Below, piece after piece: positions 39,828 to 52,000 of a stretch of 64,000 nucleotides of DNA. The position numbers and the translations under genes are program-made. Source of the DNA: Pocillopora damicornis (Eukaryota); the NCBI RefSeq assembly GCF_003704095.1, contig NW_020847584.1:186001-250000 (forward strand), read 5' to 3'. The first letter of the stretch is position 1, and the number at the start of each line of letters is the position of its first letter. Below the pieces are notes generated by a model. It was not told the DNA's origin. It ran no database searches and was given only the letters and a program-made list of their open reading frames with translations.

Positions 39828-40584
39828 GTCAGATATCTCGGACTACCTAACTGGCAACTTTGAAGAAGACACAGTTAAGTTATTTCAGTCGACTGATCCA
39901 GAATTTGACGAAGATTACGATCCTCGTGTTGTTCGTTAAGGCGCAAAATTGAATTTCTTGATCTCATGGATTTACTATGGTTACTTCTTTTAAATCAGAA
40001 ACCCTTCATCTCATTCTAAAAAACGAACAGCTGCTCGTTTCAGTTATGATGAAGAGAGTTACTTCTGTAAATTATTACCCGACCTGACTAGAATAAGGTG
40101 AAGTAATGCTACGATGAGTATTATCCATCAGTACATATCTAAGGTTGTTTTATGAATTTCAACAGGAAATCATGCACACTCATTGTCATGAAAAACATAG
40201 GTCAGTGTTGCTGCCTGTGCAGCTAGAGTAACTGAGATCGAAGGTGTTCAGTTCAGTTACCAAGTGAATTAGCCGTAAATAGTAATGCGAGAAGGGCGCT
40301 CGGCGTTTGGCGGCTGGTTATCAAACTGTCGCCTTCTTTGACGAAAGAGAAATGCCTCAAGTAAGTCGTCTGAAATTAATGAAATTATTTATTCGCCTCC
40401 TACCTTCACCGCACACTTGAGCTAATGCTTCAATCCAATAGTTTTTGCTTCTTACATTTCTGTGTTTGTATGTCGAAATTAGTGATCTTCGTCAAGCTTT
40501 TGTTGAGGATTTAATAAATCTTCTGATTCTCACCTATATGACCTAGTCCAGCTGAGAACATAGTGAAAAGGATAATCTAAAATC

Positions 40585-40825
40585 AAGTATTATCAACTGA
40601 GTTGATAACGTATATTGGCCACCGTAGAGAGTTTGAAAGCTGACGTGTCGAGCGTTAACCCTTTGCCATTCGCTCTGACAGAGGGCTAACGCTCGACACG
40701 TCAGCTTCGGAACTCTTTAAGGTGGCCAGTTTACGTTATCAACTCAGTTGACAATACAAAATAACCCTGTTATACTCTCACACCGCCACAGCACCAAAGT
40801 TTCTTTAGAGACTTGCCTCCTTTAT
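40585..40825. repeat. Palindromic interspersed repeat (resembling Penelope-like element ends), copy 1
   Basis: An ~80-bp imperfect inverted repeat, TTATCAACTGAGTTGATAACGTA...TGGCCACC...AGCTGACGTGTCGAGCGTTA / TAACGCTCGACACGTCAGCT...GGTGGCCA...TACGTTATCAACTCAGTTGA, plus a tail CACAGCACCAAAGTTTCTTTAGAGACTT shared with copies 2 and 3. Confidence 0.7.
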
Positions 40826-42219
40826 TCATTTACTATCATTGCGCTTCATTAGCTTTGACGATCTCGATACGGTTAATAATCACCGTCATGAGCAAACCCA
40901 GCTTTTTGCAAAGGCTAATACTAACGGTAGAACAGAGAAAACGAACGTTAGGGAAAACCTTTCGACGGAAATCAGTATCAAAAGCTATGAGTTAAAGATC
41001 TTTGTAATATATTTAAAAAGTTTTCGTACAAAATCTTGCTGGTACCATGACTCCCACACTCATGAAAGCGTTGAAAAGACCAATGCAAACACCTGCTTTC
41101 TGGTAGTATATGGTACGACTCATTGACCATGGCAATATCAGACTTGCGTCATTTCAAAACATTATTTTTGACTGACTGAAAATAAACCCATAACAGAGCT
41201 CATGCTTTAATTCTTATGTTGCACTCGTCCTCTGGTTGAAGCCGAGTTTCAAAGTCTAAACCATCTTTAATGCTTGCTCAGCACTGAAGCAAACAGCTCA
41301 GTCTTTCATAACGTTCTGAGACGTTTTAACAACTGAGAAAATGTCACGCTCTTTTAATATCAAGATAGTATGAAAAAAAAAAAAAAAAAAAACGCCTCCA
41401 CATAATACTGGCGTAAAAGGTTGTGGTATTCAGTTCTCTTTCATTACCTCCCATGGACAGACGATGTTGACGTAATATGACAGTTATTTATCAATAGTCT
41501 TTCGACATGAACAAACAGTTTTCCAATTTAAATTCTTTTGTGTACATTCACGTTTTCATTAGACATCACTTTCAAAACGCACCATGAATTTTCACTTTTA
41601 TCTGCTTTCGATAATCGTATTTACGTCGATATCAAGAAAAAGTGACGGACTCTTCATGGAAGGTGAGTTTAAAGCATTTTAGGCAGACGGATACTTAGCA
41701 CCAGGTAGGCAAAGTTGGTTACCTGTATTAATGTACATGGTTGGTTTGATTTTAAAATTACTCGCACGTCAAAGACTTTTCTACTTTGCAGCGAACTTGC
41801 GAGTTTTCTTTTTCCGTGTTGTATTTTATAGGTTTGATTTGTTTTCGAAGGTACCTTGACTTGAAAGACTCGTAAGCAATAAAAATTTTTGGTAACAGTA
41901 TCGTAATAACATGTATCTCGCGAATGCATTCAAGAAAATTTTAGAGAATCCTTAGGTCATGTTTATGATTATGATTGTTATTGTTTGGTATGCTTGTTAT
42001 TGTAGTGGTTTTACCATATAGCAATGACATAGCCGTATTCTTGAGGGCAAGCCCTTAAAGTCCTATAAGCAAAGCCCTTGACTTATAACGGTTGCAAAAA
42101 ATTAATTCTATAACTTGGCAAAAAAAAAACGATAACCGGTTTTATCTTTGAGAATATCATAAGTTTATCTCTTTGATATTCATCTCACCGAAGTTAGTAT
42201 TCATTGTAATCAGGTGATT

Positions 42220-42450
42220 TGGTTTTATCAACTGAATTGATAATGTAAACTGGCCACCTTAGAGAGTTTCTAAATCTGACGTTACGAGGGTTAGCCCTTT
42301 GTCAGAGCGAAGGAACGTCATCATTCGGTCACCTCAAACGAAGGGAAAACGCTCGAAAAGTCAGCTTTAGAAAGTCTTGATAGTGGCCAATTCNNNNNNN
42401 NNNCCCCCCCCCCCCGTCACAGCACCACAGTTTCTTGAGAAACTTATCCA
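42220..42450. repeat. Palindromic interspersed repeat, copy 2 (broken by a short N gap)
   Basis: TTATCAACTGAATTGATAATGTAAACTGGCCACC...GTTAGCCCTTTGTCAGAGCGAA...AACGCTCGAAAAGTCAGCTTT...CACAGCACCACAGTTTCTTGAGAAACTT aligns with 40585-40825. Confidence 0.65.
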
Positions 42451-43077
42451 CATTATTAATCATAATCACCGCCAACATTAAAGCACTCGCTGAAAATTGA
42501 GAAAAATAAACTCCCACGTTGATTTCTTTAGGATTCCGTCAATATAACAAGCAAGACACCCGTTCTCGATCTTCAATGAAAATTGTCATCAGTGAGAACT
42601 GGGGCGTTATCAGGACAACTTGACAATAGCCCTTGCATAAGTTTGGCTCGCGAGATCCAAACTATCATTAGAACTAATTCAAAGAAAAAGAACAATTTTT
42701 TTGCATTGACCCTTCAAGACATCCTGATCTGAAAAACGGATGCGATGTGTGATTGAAAATGGTCTGATTTAAAGCCTATCTGAATTTATGTCGATAGAAA
42801 GTATACAGTTTAGATACTGAAAGGAAAGGTATTTGTATTTCATTATTAATGAAAAATAAACTTACTTACAAACCATAGAATGAAAACAAACCCTATAACC
42901 GTGACTCTGCTGCGGCGCGTGCAGTATTTTAGTTTCTCGTTCACCCTACAACAGGAGTGCGCGTTTGCTCCTGTTGATGGTTTTCATCCCAAAATGTAAG
43001 TCTTTTAATGACAGAGCTATAAGAAAATGCTTGGGGTCTTGGGAATCTTACATAATAAATCCTATCTATCGTCGCAG

Positions 43078-46000
43078 AGCCTCGGACTGAAATAGAATAT
43101 CAGCCAATAGGGGAAGTCGAACGGAAAGAGATTAACGAGTCATCTGCATCAGAAGTATCCAACAACCCACTTCCAGCTGAGCCCGAGCATGCTCAAGTTG
43201 TCAGTACAGAGCACGTGACAAATATAGATCCATCTAAGACTTCCATGCCTGCATCAGCCTCTATTCAGCTTCCTGGGGTACCACCAGTGAGTGGTAGGCC
43301 CCCGGGTAGCGAAAAGGAACCACTTCCCCCTCCTTCCGTTGAGCCAGGTGAGCCGTTTTTCAACGATTAAAATCAAGAGAATATAAAGAGGGATGCTTCC
43401 AGGCTCCACCCAAGTTTTTGATAAAATATATGTACACATGTAGTCTCACGAACAAAAGTCTGTTTTCTAAAGGTTTACTTCAATCTGATACGCGAAGGCA
43501 AAATAGTGGGGTATTGTGTAGAGATACGTTTCTCTGATGAAAACAACTTTTGAAGGGATTATTGAACAAGATTTCGCAATGAGACACCTTACATTATAGA
43601 AGACTGATGACACTACCTTCCACTTCCGTCTAAAACCAAAATTATCTCAAACGGAGACGACGTCTCCCAACCAACACTCTGTTTACCACCGATCATTTTC
43701 CCTTGATTAAGTGACTCGTAAATGTAGATTATGAACAAGAGCAGATCTCAACATCCCAGGCGTCAAAGCTCGCCAGTTTTCCAACACCCCATGTCAAAGC
43801 ACATGATATAATTTGAGTCTGCGTATGTCACTGCTCATATGATTCATTAAATAAGTTTCACTACTCCTAGTTAAAAATCACGATAAATTTCATCTATAAC
43901 AGGGTGTTTTGATATTATCAACTCAGATGATACTACTAAATTACCCTGTCGTACTCTTCCACCGACGCAATACCGCAGTTTCTTTAGAAACTTGCCTCCT
44001 TTATTTTTTTATTTTTTTATTTCATATATACTTTTTCTAGCACTTTAATATGCGAAACTGCTAACACTCAGCAGCTGAAAGCTAGATAAAGACGTTTTAC
44101 CCATCAAGTAATCTAACAACCAATTTTTTTGGTCGGCTTTCTTACATTCTCACTTATATGATATATTGGTGACACAAAAACAAAAAAAACCTACCGATTA
44201 TTATTAACTACTGGTCATACATGAAGAAACAGAAGTAACTGTCATGAATTGTGCTGACAAAAATAATATGAACCTAAGACTAAGAGAAATATTCCCATAG
44301 AGCCACCTGTGGTACAACAACCGCAACCTCCAGTCCCTTTGACGGCACCATCGACATCGACCACTGGTAAGACCCCTATAGTGCTCCATTTGTTTATAAT
44401 CGTTGAGAGCATTTACACTGATAGAATGAGTCTACCTCATAACCCATTACAGACATTGGGTCTTAATTTGTTAGTGAGCACTACGATCGTCAAAGCATAT
44501 TGAATGTTGCCCTTATTTGTGTCGTTAGATGATATGAAACTTGTAACGTTGCTACAATGTACTAGACAAGATAACAAGAGACATTAAATTAATTGTACAT
44601 TATTCAAATCATCATCTTAGACTCTTGCTCTTACCTCTTTACCTCTTTTTCATTGCAGCTGGGTGCCATAAAGTGATGGACTTAGGAATCCTTATGGACT
44701 CCTCTCATAACATCTCTCCGTCGCTTTGGGAAGAAGAGAAGTCAATTGTTGTGACTGTCATGGATAAACTTGACATAACTCTTCTTGGAACACATATGAG
44801 TGTAATGACACTCAGTTCAGAGGTGGAATTTCCGATCCCATTCAATGGATACAGGGACGAGGTTGATCTAAAGAGGAAAATAGCAGAGTTGCCTTATAAT
44901 TACCACTCTGGATTGTCTCGGGTAGATCTTGGATTGAGTGCAGTCAAGGAGCGAATGTTTGATCCTCGGGTTGGAGTTAGGGCCAAAGTGCCAAGGGCTC
45001 TTTTGATGTTTACCAACGGACTAACAGACGGTGCGAAAACACTCATTATTACATTAATTTATTTGAAGTTTAAGAAGGATTGTGTCTTTGCTTGGTTCAA
45101 TTCTTTTTTGGTGTCGTGGTCAGACAAAAGTAAATAACATGATGGATCAGGTTCAAATACATGCATAAATAACTGGATGTTCAGTTGAGGGGATCACTCA
45201 TTCAGAGGGAAATTATCTTGCCTTCATAATTATTTTATTTCAACCCTTTGACATATAGTCCCTACCTCCCCCAGCAGATTTGGGAGTGGAATCAGTGATC
45301 ATTCACTATACTTTTGAACACTCTAATTGGAAACTGACCCTGGATACTTTCAAATCATTCCTTTATCCATTTATTTATTTACTATCTATTCAGTTATAAA
45401 GTCATTCACCGTTTTCAAGTTCCTTCAGTTTGCACAGAATTTTCTTTGAAGAATTACATTCGGCGATGAAGTACTGGCATAACATCTACTCATGTCCACG
45501 CTTGTACAGCATAATTGGTGTTAATCAAAGAGGAAAAAAATCATATTTTATTTTTTCCCACAAAAATATGGTCATCAAGGAGGCCGATGAGGGGGACACT
45601 AACGGGGACCTTTCCTTACACAAATTTCTGTCCACTATATCCACCAAACCCGATAATTAATCAAAGGGGGTCTTGAGGTTCCTTTAAACTGTTGTAATTG
45701 AAAAGAATAAAAATATGATACATGTAACAACTTAATTACGGCTGAGTTAAAACAGGTACTTTAGGGTAAAATGGCTAGTATCGTCATGAGACACCTTGTG
45801 CAACAAAAACGGTCCAAAAGAATTACATCACTAACTACATTTAGAAATGTAATATCGCTAACCTATGCGTATACGTATCTCTCCTTGGGAAAATATTTTT
45901 AGAAAAACGATCCCTCGACAGACATGACATGTTAAAGAAATCTTTAAGAAACCCATCCTTAAATCATATCGAAAAGAGTAATACCCGTAAGACATATTAA

Positions 46001-49000
46001 TAAAGCCTTCGCCTCAAAGCTTAATGCTTTGCCTAAAAATTTTTCTTTGAGTTTGAAACCAAAGTTAGTATTCTTTATAATCCCAGTAACATAACTTTGT
46101 CGGGGACAAAACTCTAACATAACTCCATGGGAACTTGTAACTTACTATTGGAAAAACTCTGACCTCATTTCAGGATCACAAAGTGCAAAGATTCTTCAAG
46201 CTGTCGATGATCTCAAAGTTGCTCAAATAAAAGTCATATACGTTAAATTGGGAAATGTAACAAATCAAGATTTCTTAACGACTGCAAGAAAGAATTCTTT
46301 GGTGTTCAGCGAGAATGACATTGATGGCCTTTCAGGGGCGTTACTGGATACATGTGTTGAAATCTGCAGCAGTGGTATGTAAGGAGATTGTTTGGTTGCT
46401 TTAAGCTATTTTTCTTTTAGCCCAGAAAGTATGAACGCAACTGCCTGACTGACATAAAGCAGGGTTTGTGTTGAGATGAAAAAAATTGTTCATTGTCCAT
46501 TACACTCACTGATTTCCCTCGGTTTCAAGGTTAAACGAATATGAATTTTCAAAACTTGTAGGCTAAAAAAAAGTTATGTTTAAACGAAACAGAGCAGAAT
46601 CGAAAAAGGTAGATTTTCCGCCATTGGAGGTTAATTATGCTTCTGCATGCGAGATAAGCCAAAATTCACCTATTTGCAAATTAATATTTCAAGGTTAAGA
46701 CGTCACTTCTCAATCTCAATCTAGCTTTGTGAATACAACTGGGCTGCAACATAGTCTGCTGATGCGCCAAACGTGTATTAAACTTCCCTTAACCGTTCTC
46801 CACGGGTGAAAGATGGACAAAATCGAGAGTATTAAATGGCTCTTCCTATAGAATTTCCTCGACAACTTTTTAATTATGATATAGTGAAATGCTGGCGTTT
46901 TAACTTTTCTAAGATGCTCTTTAGCTGCGCAAATAAAACAATTCTCAAATTCGATAAATTAAACTAAATTGTAACCTTTTTTTCTGACATATTTTTTAAA
47001 TGTTTGGTGATATTTTCTTCAAGAAAAGAGTACAAAACCAGTTACATTAGCAGCATCAGTACCACCCCTTGCACCTACACCTTCTCCTTGGCCTGCCACT
47101 CAACCTGCACCAGCTCCCTATCCTGCACCCATACAGCAGCCTCCTGTCCAATGTCCAATTCCAGGGTGCAGCTTTCCATTGGTTTGTGTCCAAGCTTCGA
47201 TTTATGCGACTTGTGTTCCTCCTCCTAATCCATCAGCATCCACCAACAATTCATNNNNNNNNNNNNNNNNNNNNNNNNNNNNNNNNNNNNNNNNNNNNNN
47301 NNNNNNNNNNNNNNNNNNNNNNNNNNNNNNNNNNNNNNNNNNNNNNNNNNNNNNGGAGAGACATATAACCGGGCTGGAAGTTCTGATCAGTGTGTCACCA
47401 AAGGTTACGAAAAGTGTGATCCCAGCGACAAAGAAGAGTGTGTCGGCGATAAGAACGTCAATTTTGTTTATGGAATCGATGTTACAGGTACTTGAGTAAA
47501 ATTTAAATTAGCTTTTGTCATATATTGATACGGTGCCGGCATAATAGAATATCTCATGTTCCAAAACACTTATGCTACTCTGTGCTGTGTCTTCTTCAGA
47601 AATCACTTTTAGCCTCAGGAATTTCAAATTTGCTTATGCTCGAGCATATGCATGCTTTTTGTTAAAAGCTCGAGCTTTTCTTTATATTTAGTTATTTGTT
47701 ACAAAGATCGATTGTGAACAAGTGGATTAAATTCCCTGTTTTTTACATCAAATAAAAATCTCACCTCGTCGACATTTATGCATCTATAATTGTAATGGAA
47801 CCGAATAGAATCCATTGCGATCTGCAGTCATACGAGTGATTGCAAAATTGAACGAACGCGTGGCGGGAGCCCGATTTGTCAAGTAAGAGTATGATTACAT
47901 TCTGAATTTGACAATTACACTAATTAACTATGACCATTTCAAGTTCCGAAAGAAACAAATACAGTTATCTGAGAAAATGTCTCCGATATAGACAATGTCT
48001 TCCGATATAGGCAATGTCTAAAGTAAAAAATTATTTCATTTTGGAAATTCCCTGGTTTTGTTGGGTAAGTGGTTGTTGCTATGGTTATTGTAATCAATTC
48101 TGTGATTGGCGAGTTTAGCTGAGTGGACTTAATATGGGTGGCTGCTTTAACTGCCGATTACAGAAGTCCGATCAAAGCCAACTGTCTGAGTTCATTGTCT
48201 GATTAAAACTCGACAGAATAACTGGTGAAAAATATAGCAGCTAGTGCACTAATCATATTTGAGGAAATTGTAATAGATCGATATTGACACGAAATTTGCC
48301 CCTCGACCGACCAAAATTCCAAAGTCATTTTAGCACGGGTCTGCTATGAAATAAAGGCTTGTTAAGGTTGATGGAGAATTGAAGCGTCTAACCTTGTCAC
48401 CTTGTGTTTTAAGAAGTTGTCTTAACACTCCTTTGCATTTTATTGCGGCATATGATTTGCTCCACAGTACCCGTGACCACTCCACCTCGGACTCCCTCTC
48501 CCGCCCCACCGGTGACATTAGGTACGTATGAATTACTTCCTTCAGGCAGTATCCAAACATTTTCATCAAAAGGAAAACAGGAAAAAATGAGCGATAACCA
48601 ACTGATGACCGACAATCTTCATCTTTTTATTCTCATCAGCGATAACGCAATAAGCATTTGAATATGATTTCAACAAAAATATAATTACAATCGGTGGCCT
48701 CCGTTTTCGATTCCATCTCCTTGAGTGCAAAGATGTATTTTAGTTATGAAGAAGCACAGTAGTAGAAGGAGTGGTCACGACAAAAGGGGCATTTCTACCT
48801 AATGTGTATCATATATATGCCATTCTTGTTCCACAGTAACAGTGTCCACACCGACACAGCCTCCTTCTCCAACATCAGAAGTCAAACCCGGTAAGTCAAG
48901 AGTCACAATTCTATTACTCTACAGCTAACACCAAGCAAGATAGCTACAGTGAAAGCCTTTTAAAGTACAACTTCTGCCTAGATCATGAATAGTAACTGTA

Positions 49001-52000
49001 TCGAATTACTTACAACCGCAAACAACATCTCAACAACAGTTTGTGCTTGCTGTGGGTTTTTTTTGTGCGAGTAGAATGTGCTTGGCCTTCCAATCATCTT
49101 TCCAATCGACTGACTTATTTGGAATTTAATTTCGTTATCTGCGACATAATGAAAATGAAAACTCTTACTTCATTTTTTTCCAGAACCAACACCTAGTCGC
49201 CCAGCCACACCTACAGTGTCCTCCTCAGTGACACCAAACCCAGCAACTCCGGGTACTGGTTTAACTTTTGACTTGTCTGTAGGAGCTAAAAGTTTAATTA
49301 GACATTTGAAAATCTACTCAGTTTTGCAATAATGGCTCTTCTTTTGAGGAGCATGATTTAAAAAATATTAAGCCTACGTTTTCCTTCGTGTTTGTATCCT
49401 GCAGATGACCACTGATCCATTAATTCTATGGTTTCCTGAAGCTGAAATTTTTGCCCAGTTGCCTTTTATTCTAGTTATCATGGCTCTCAATGCTTTTGAT
49501 TATCTAAACAAACCTGTCCTTGTTCTTCTCTTTGCAGGCTGCACAGTGAATTACACCAAATTAGGTTGTTTCAAAGATGACAGAAAGAAACCCCGCCCAT
49601 TACCAGAGCTACTTTCCACTGATCGCGACTCACGTAGCAAGGTCTTCAGCGGAAAGACCATAGACTGGAACAATTGGGACACATATATGATTGGTTTGGT
49701 TTGCCGATGCGCTGAGGCAGCTAAAGCAAAGAAGTACAACTATTTCAGCCTTCAACACTTTGGTAACTATCCAATTATTAAATTATAGGAGGTGAAGTGT
49801 GAATACAGTTAAAACCCACATATAAGAACCTAGTTATTTCAATTTGGCCCCCATAGGTTCTTATAGAAATGGTGTTTACTATGAAATTAGGCTACCTAGG
49901 TATGAAATATACGTGGTTTCTTACTGTCCATCTCAATTCTATCCAGGCGAGTGTTGGTCTGGACCGGAAGCTGGAGAGACATATAACCGGGCTGGAAGTT
50001 CTGATCAGTGTGTCACCAAAGGTTACAAAGAATGCGATCCCAACGACAAAGAAGAGTGTGTCGGAGATAAGAACGTCAATTTTGTTTATGGAATCGATGT
50101 TACAGGTATTCGAGTAAAGTTTCATTAGCCAGTGTAAAGTATTGACACGAAGCCGTTATACTTACAGTATTGACTAGTATAAATTACTTCTTATCCTTTA
50201 TGACGAAGTTTCTCGAGAATTAAACACTTTTATCCTTAGAACTTTCAAATTTGTAAAGAACAATGGTTCTTACGTTCGAGCTTAAAAGTATTATGATAAA
50301 ACGCGAGCTTTTTTCATATTGCAATGTTGATTTCAACATTTGATTTAATAATCGTTAATGAACAAATGAACCAAATACTCTGTGCGTTACTCAATAATAA
50401 CTCAACCCGTCGGCAATGTTGCGTTTCACAGGAAATTTACCCTTCAGCCACCCAAAATTAAAGGCTTGTTAATATTCGCTGCAAAATTATCGCGTCTAAC
50501 CTTGTTTCTAAGGAAGTTCGTGTTTTCAACCTGTTTCATTGGCACATCTTCAAAGTGGTACAGATTAACTCAGACTCCCTCTCCTAACCCAGGTGTAACA
50601 TCACGTGTGACATCTCGTGTGACATCACGTGTGACATCACGTGTGACATCACGTGTGACATCACGTGTGACATTAGGTGTATTGAGTCTCTTCCTTTCAG
50701 CAGCATCCAACATTTTCATTAAAAGATAAACGGGAGAAACTGATGCGATAACTAACTGATAACTGATAATCTCCACTGTTTTTTTCATCAGCAATAATGT
50801 AAAAGCATTTGAAATAGGAATTCAACAATAATTATAATTTGTCAATTATCTGTGTTCGATTCCAACTTCTTGAGCAGTGTTCTCTAGTTATGAAGCCCTA
50901 CAATACCAGCAGGAGTGGTGAAAGTTAAAAGAACATTTTCGTTTGATGTACATCATAATTATGTTATTTCTTGTTCTACAGGAACAGTGACCACTCCCAC
51001 AAAGCCTCCTACGCCGACACCACCAGCAGAACCCTGTAAGTCAGGATCACTATTGATATCCTCTCTCTCTCTCTAACTTCGTTGTTCCGTAAAAACAAGT
51101 GAGGTAACCTCAGTGAAAACTGTATATTGTAGAAATGTTGAACCCGCATCATGAATAGTGACTGCATCAAATGACTGATGACTAGACAACACTATGTCAA
51201 ATGCTACCAGCTTAATCAAAACCAAAAAGCCTACCTGAGAGGCAGCTTTCATTTTGAAATATGATCCTTTTCCAATAAAGCAGCTTGGTTTATGTTGTCG
51301 CTGGCTCAGCTTAAAATAGCCATTTACTTGGTTTTCTCTCCATCAGCATGTGATCAAGCCTTGGATATCGGGGTCGTCATTGATTCGTCAGATAGCATAA
51401 CATTGGAGGATTACAACCTTTGTTTGAAGTTTGTCGCCGATTTAGCCAAGCGTTTTAAAGTATCTGAACAGGAGACTCATTTCGGTGCTATAGTATTCAG
51501 TACAACACCACAGCTTCAATTCAGTTTCGCAGACAAAGAATTTTACAAACTTAAACGCCTGAGAAAGAAGATAAGGAGCTTCCCTTATTTAGCAGAAGGA
51601 ACTAGAACAGACTTGGCCCTTACGCTTGCTGACCTGGAGCTGTTTTCCGAGCAGGGAGGGGACCGGCTCGATAAGCCTGATGTTTTGATTGTTATTACTG
51701 ATGGAAGAACCCACCCTGTGTTAAGCAAACCGTACCCAGAGGTTTTACAACCACTTCAGGTAAATAATCCAGTCATCTGCAACACCTTTAAGGGAGTTTT
51801 CCTATGATTTTAACGCCATTAGTGTAACGAAAACGTGTGCCATCATATGTTCCGTGGTGTGTCAGTCAAAAGAATACATAAGGAAATTTTAGCTTCAAGA
51901 ATGTTTCCTTTTACCCGATAGGCTAAGAATGTTAGAGTCATAGCTGTTGGTGTCGGAAAGGATGCGGATAGTAAAGAGTTAACAGCCATAGCCATGAATG

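Noticed and set aside
41600-43000. Signal-peptide exon of gene C
   Set aside because: Several candidates (ATGGAAG|GT at ~41656; a hydrophobic stretch at ~41959; an exon ending ~42995) give stops, phase conflicts or no signal peptide when joined to 43078; left unresolved.
50595-50676. CRISPR-like array
   Set aside because: Head-to-tail 12-bp units with no spacers, in a eukaryotic gene.
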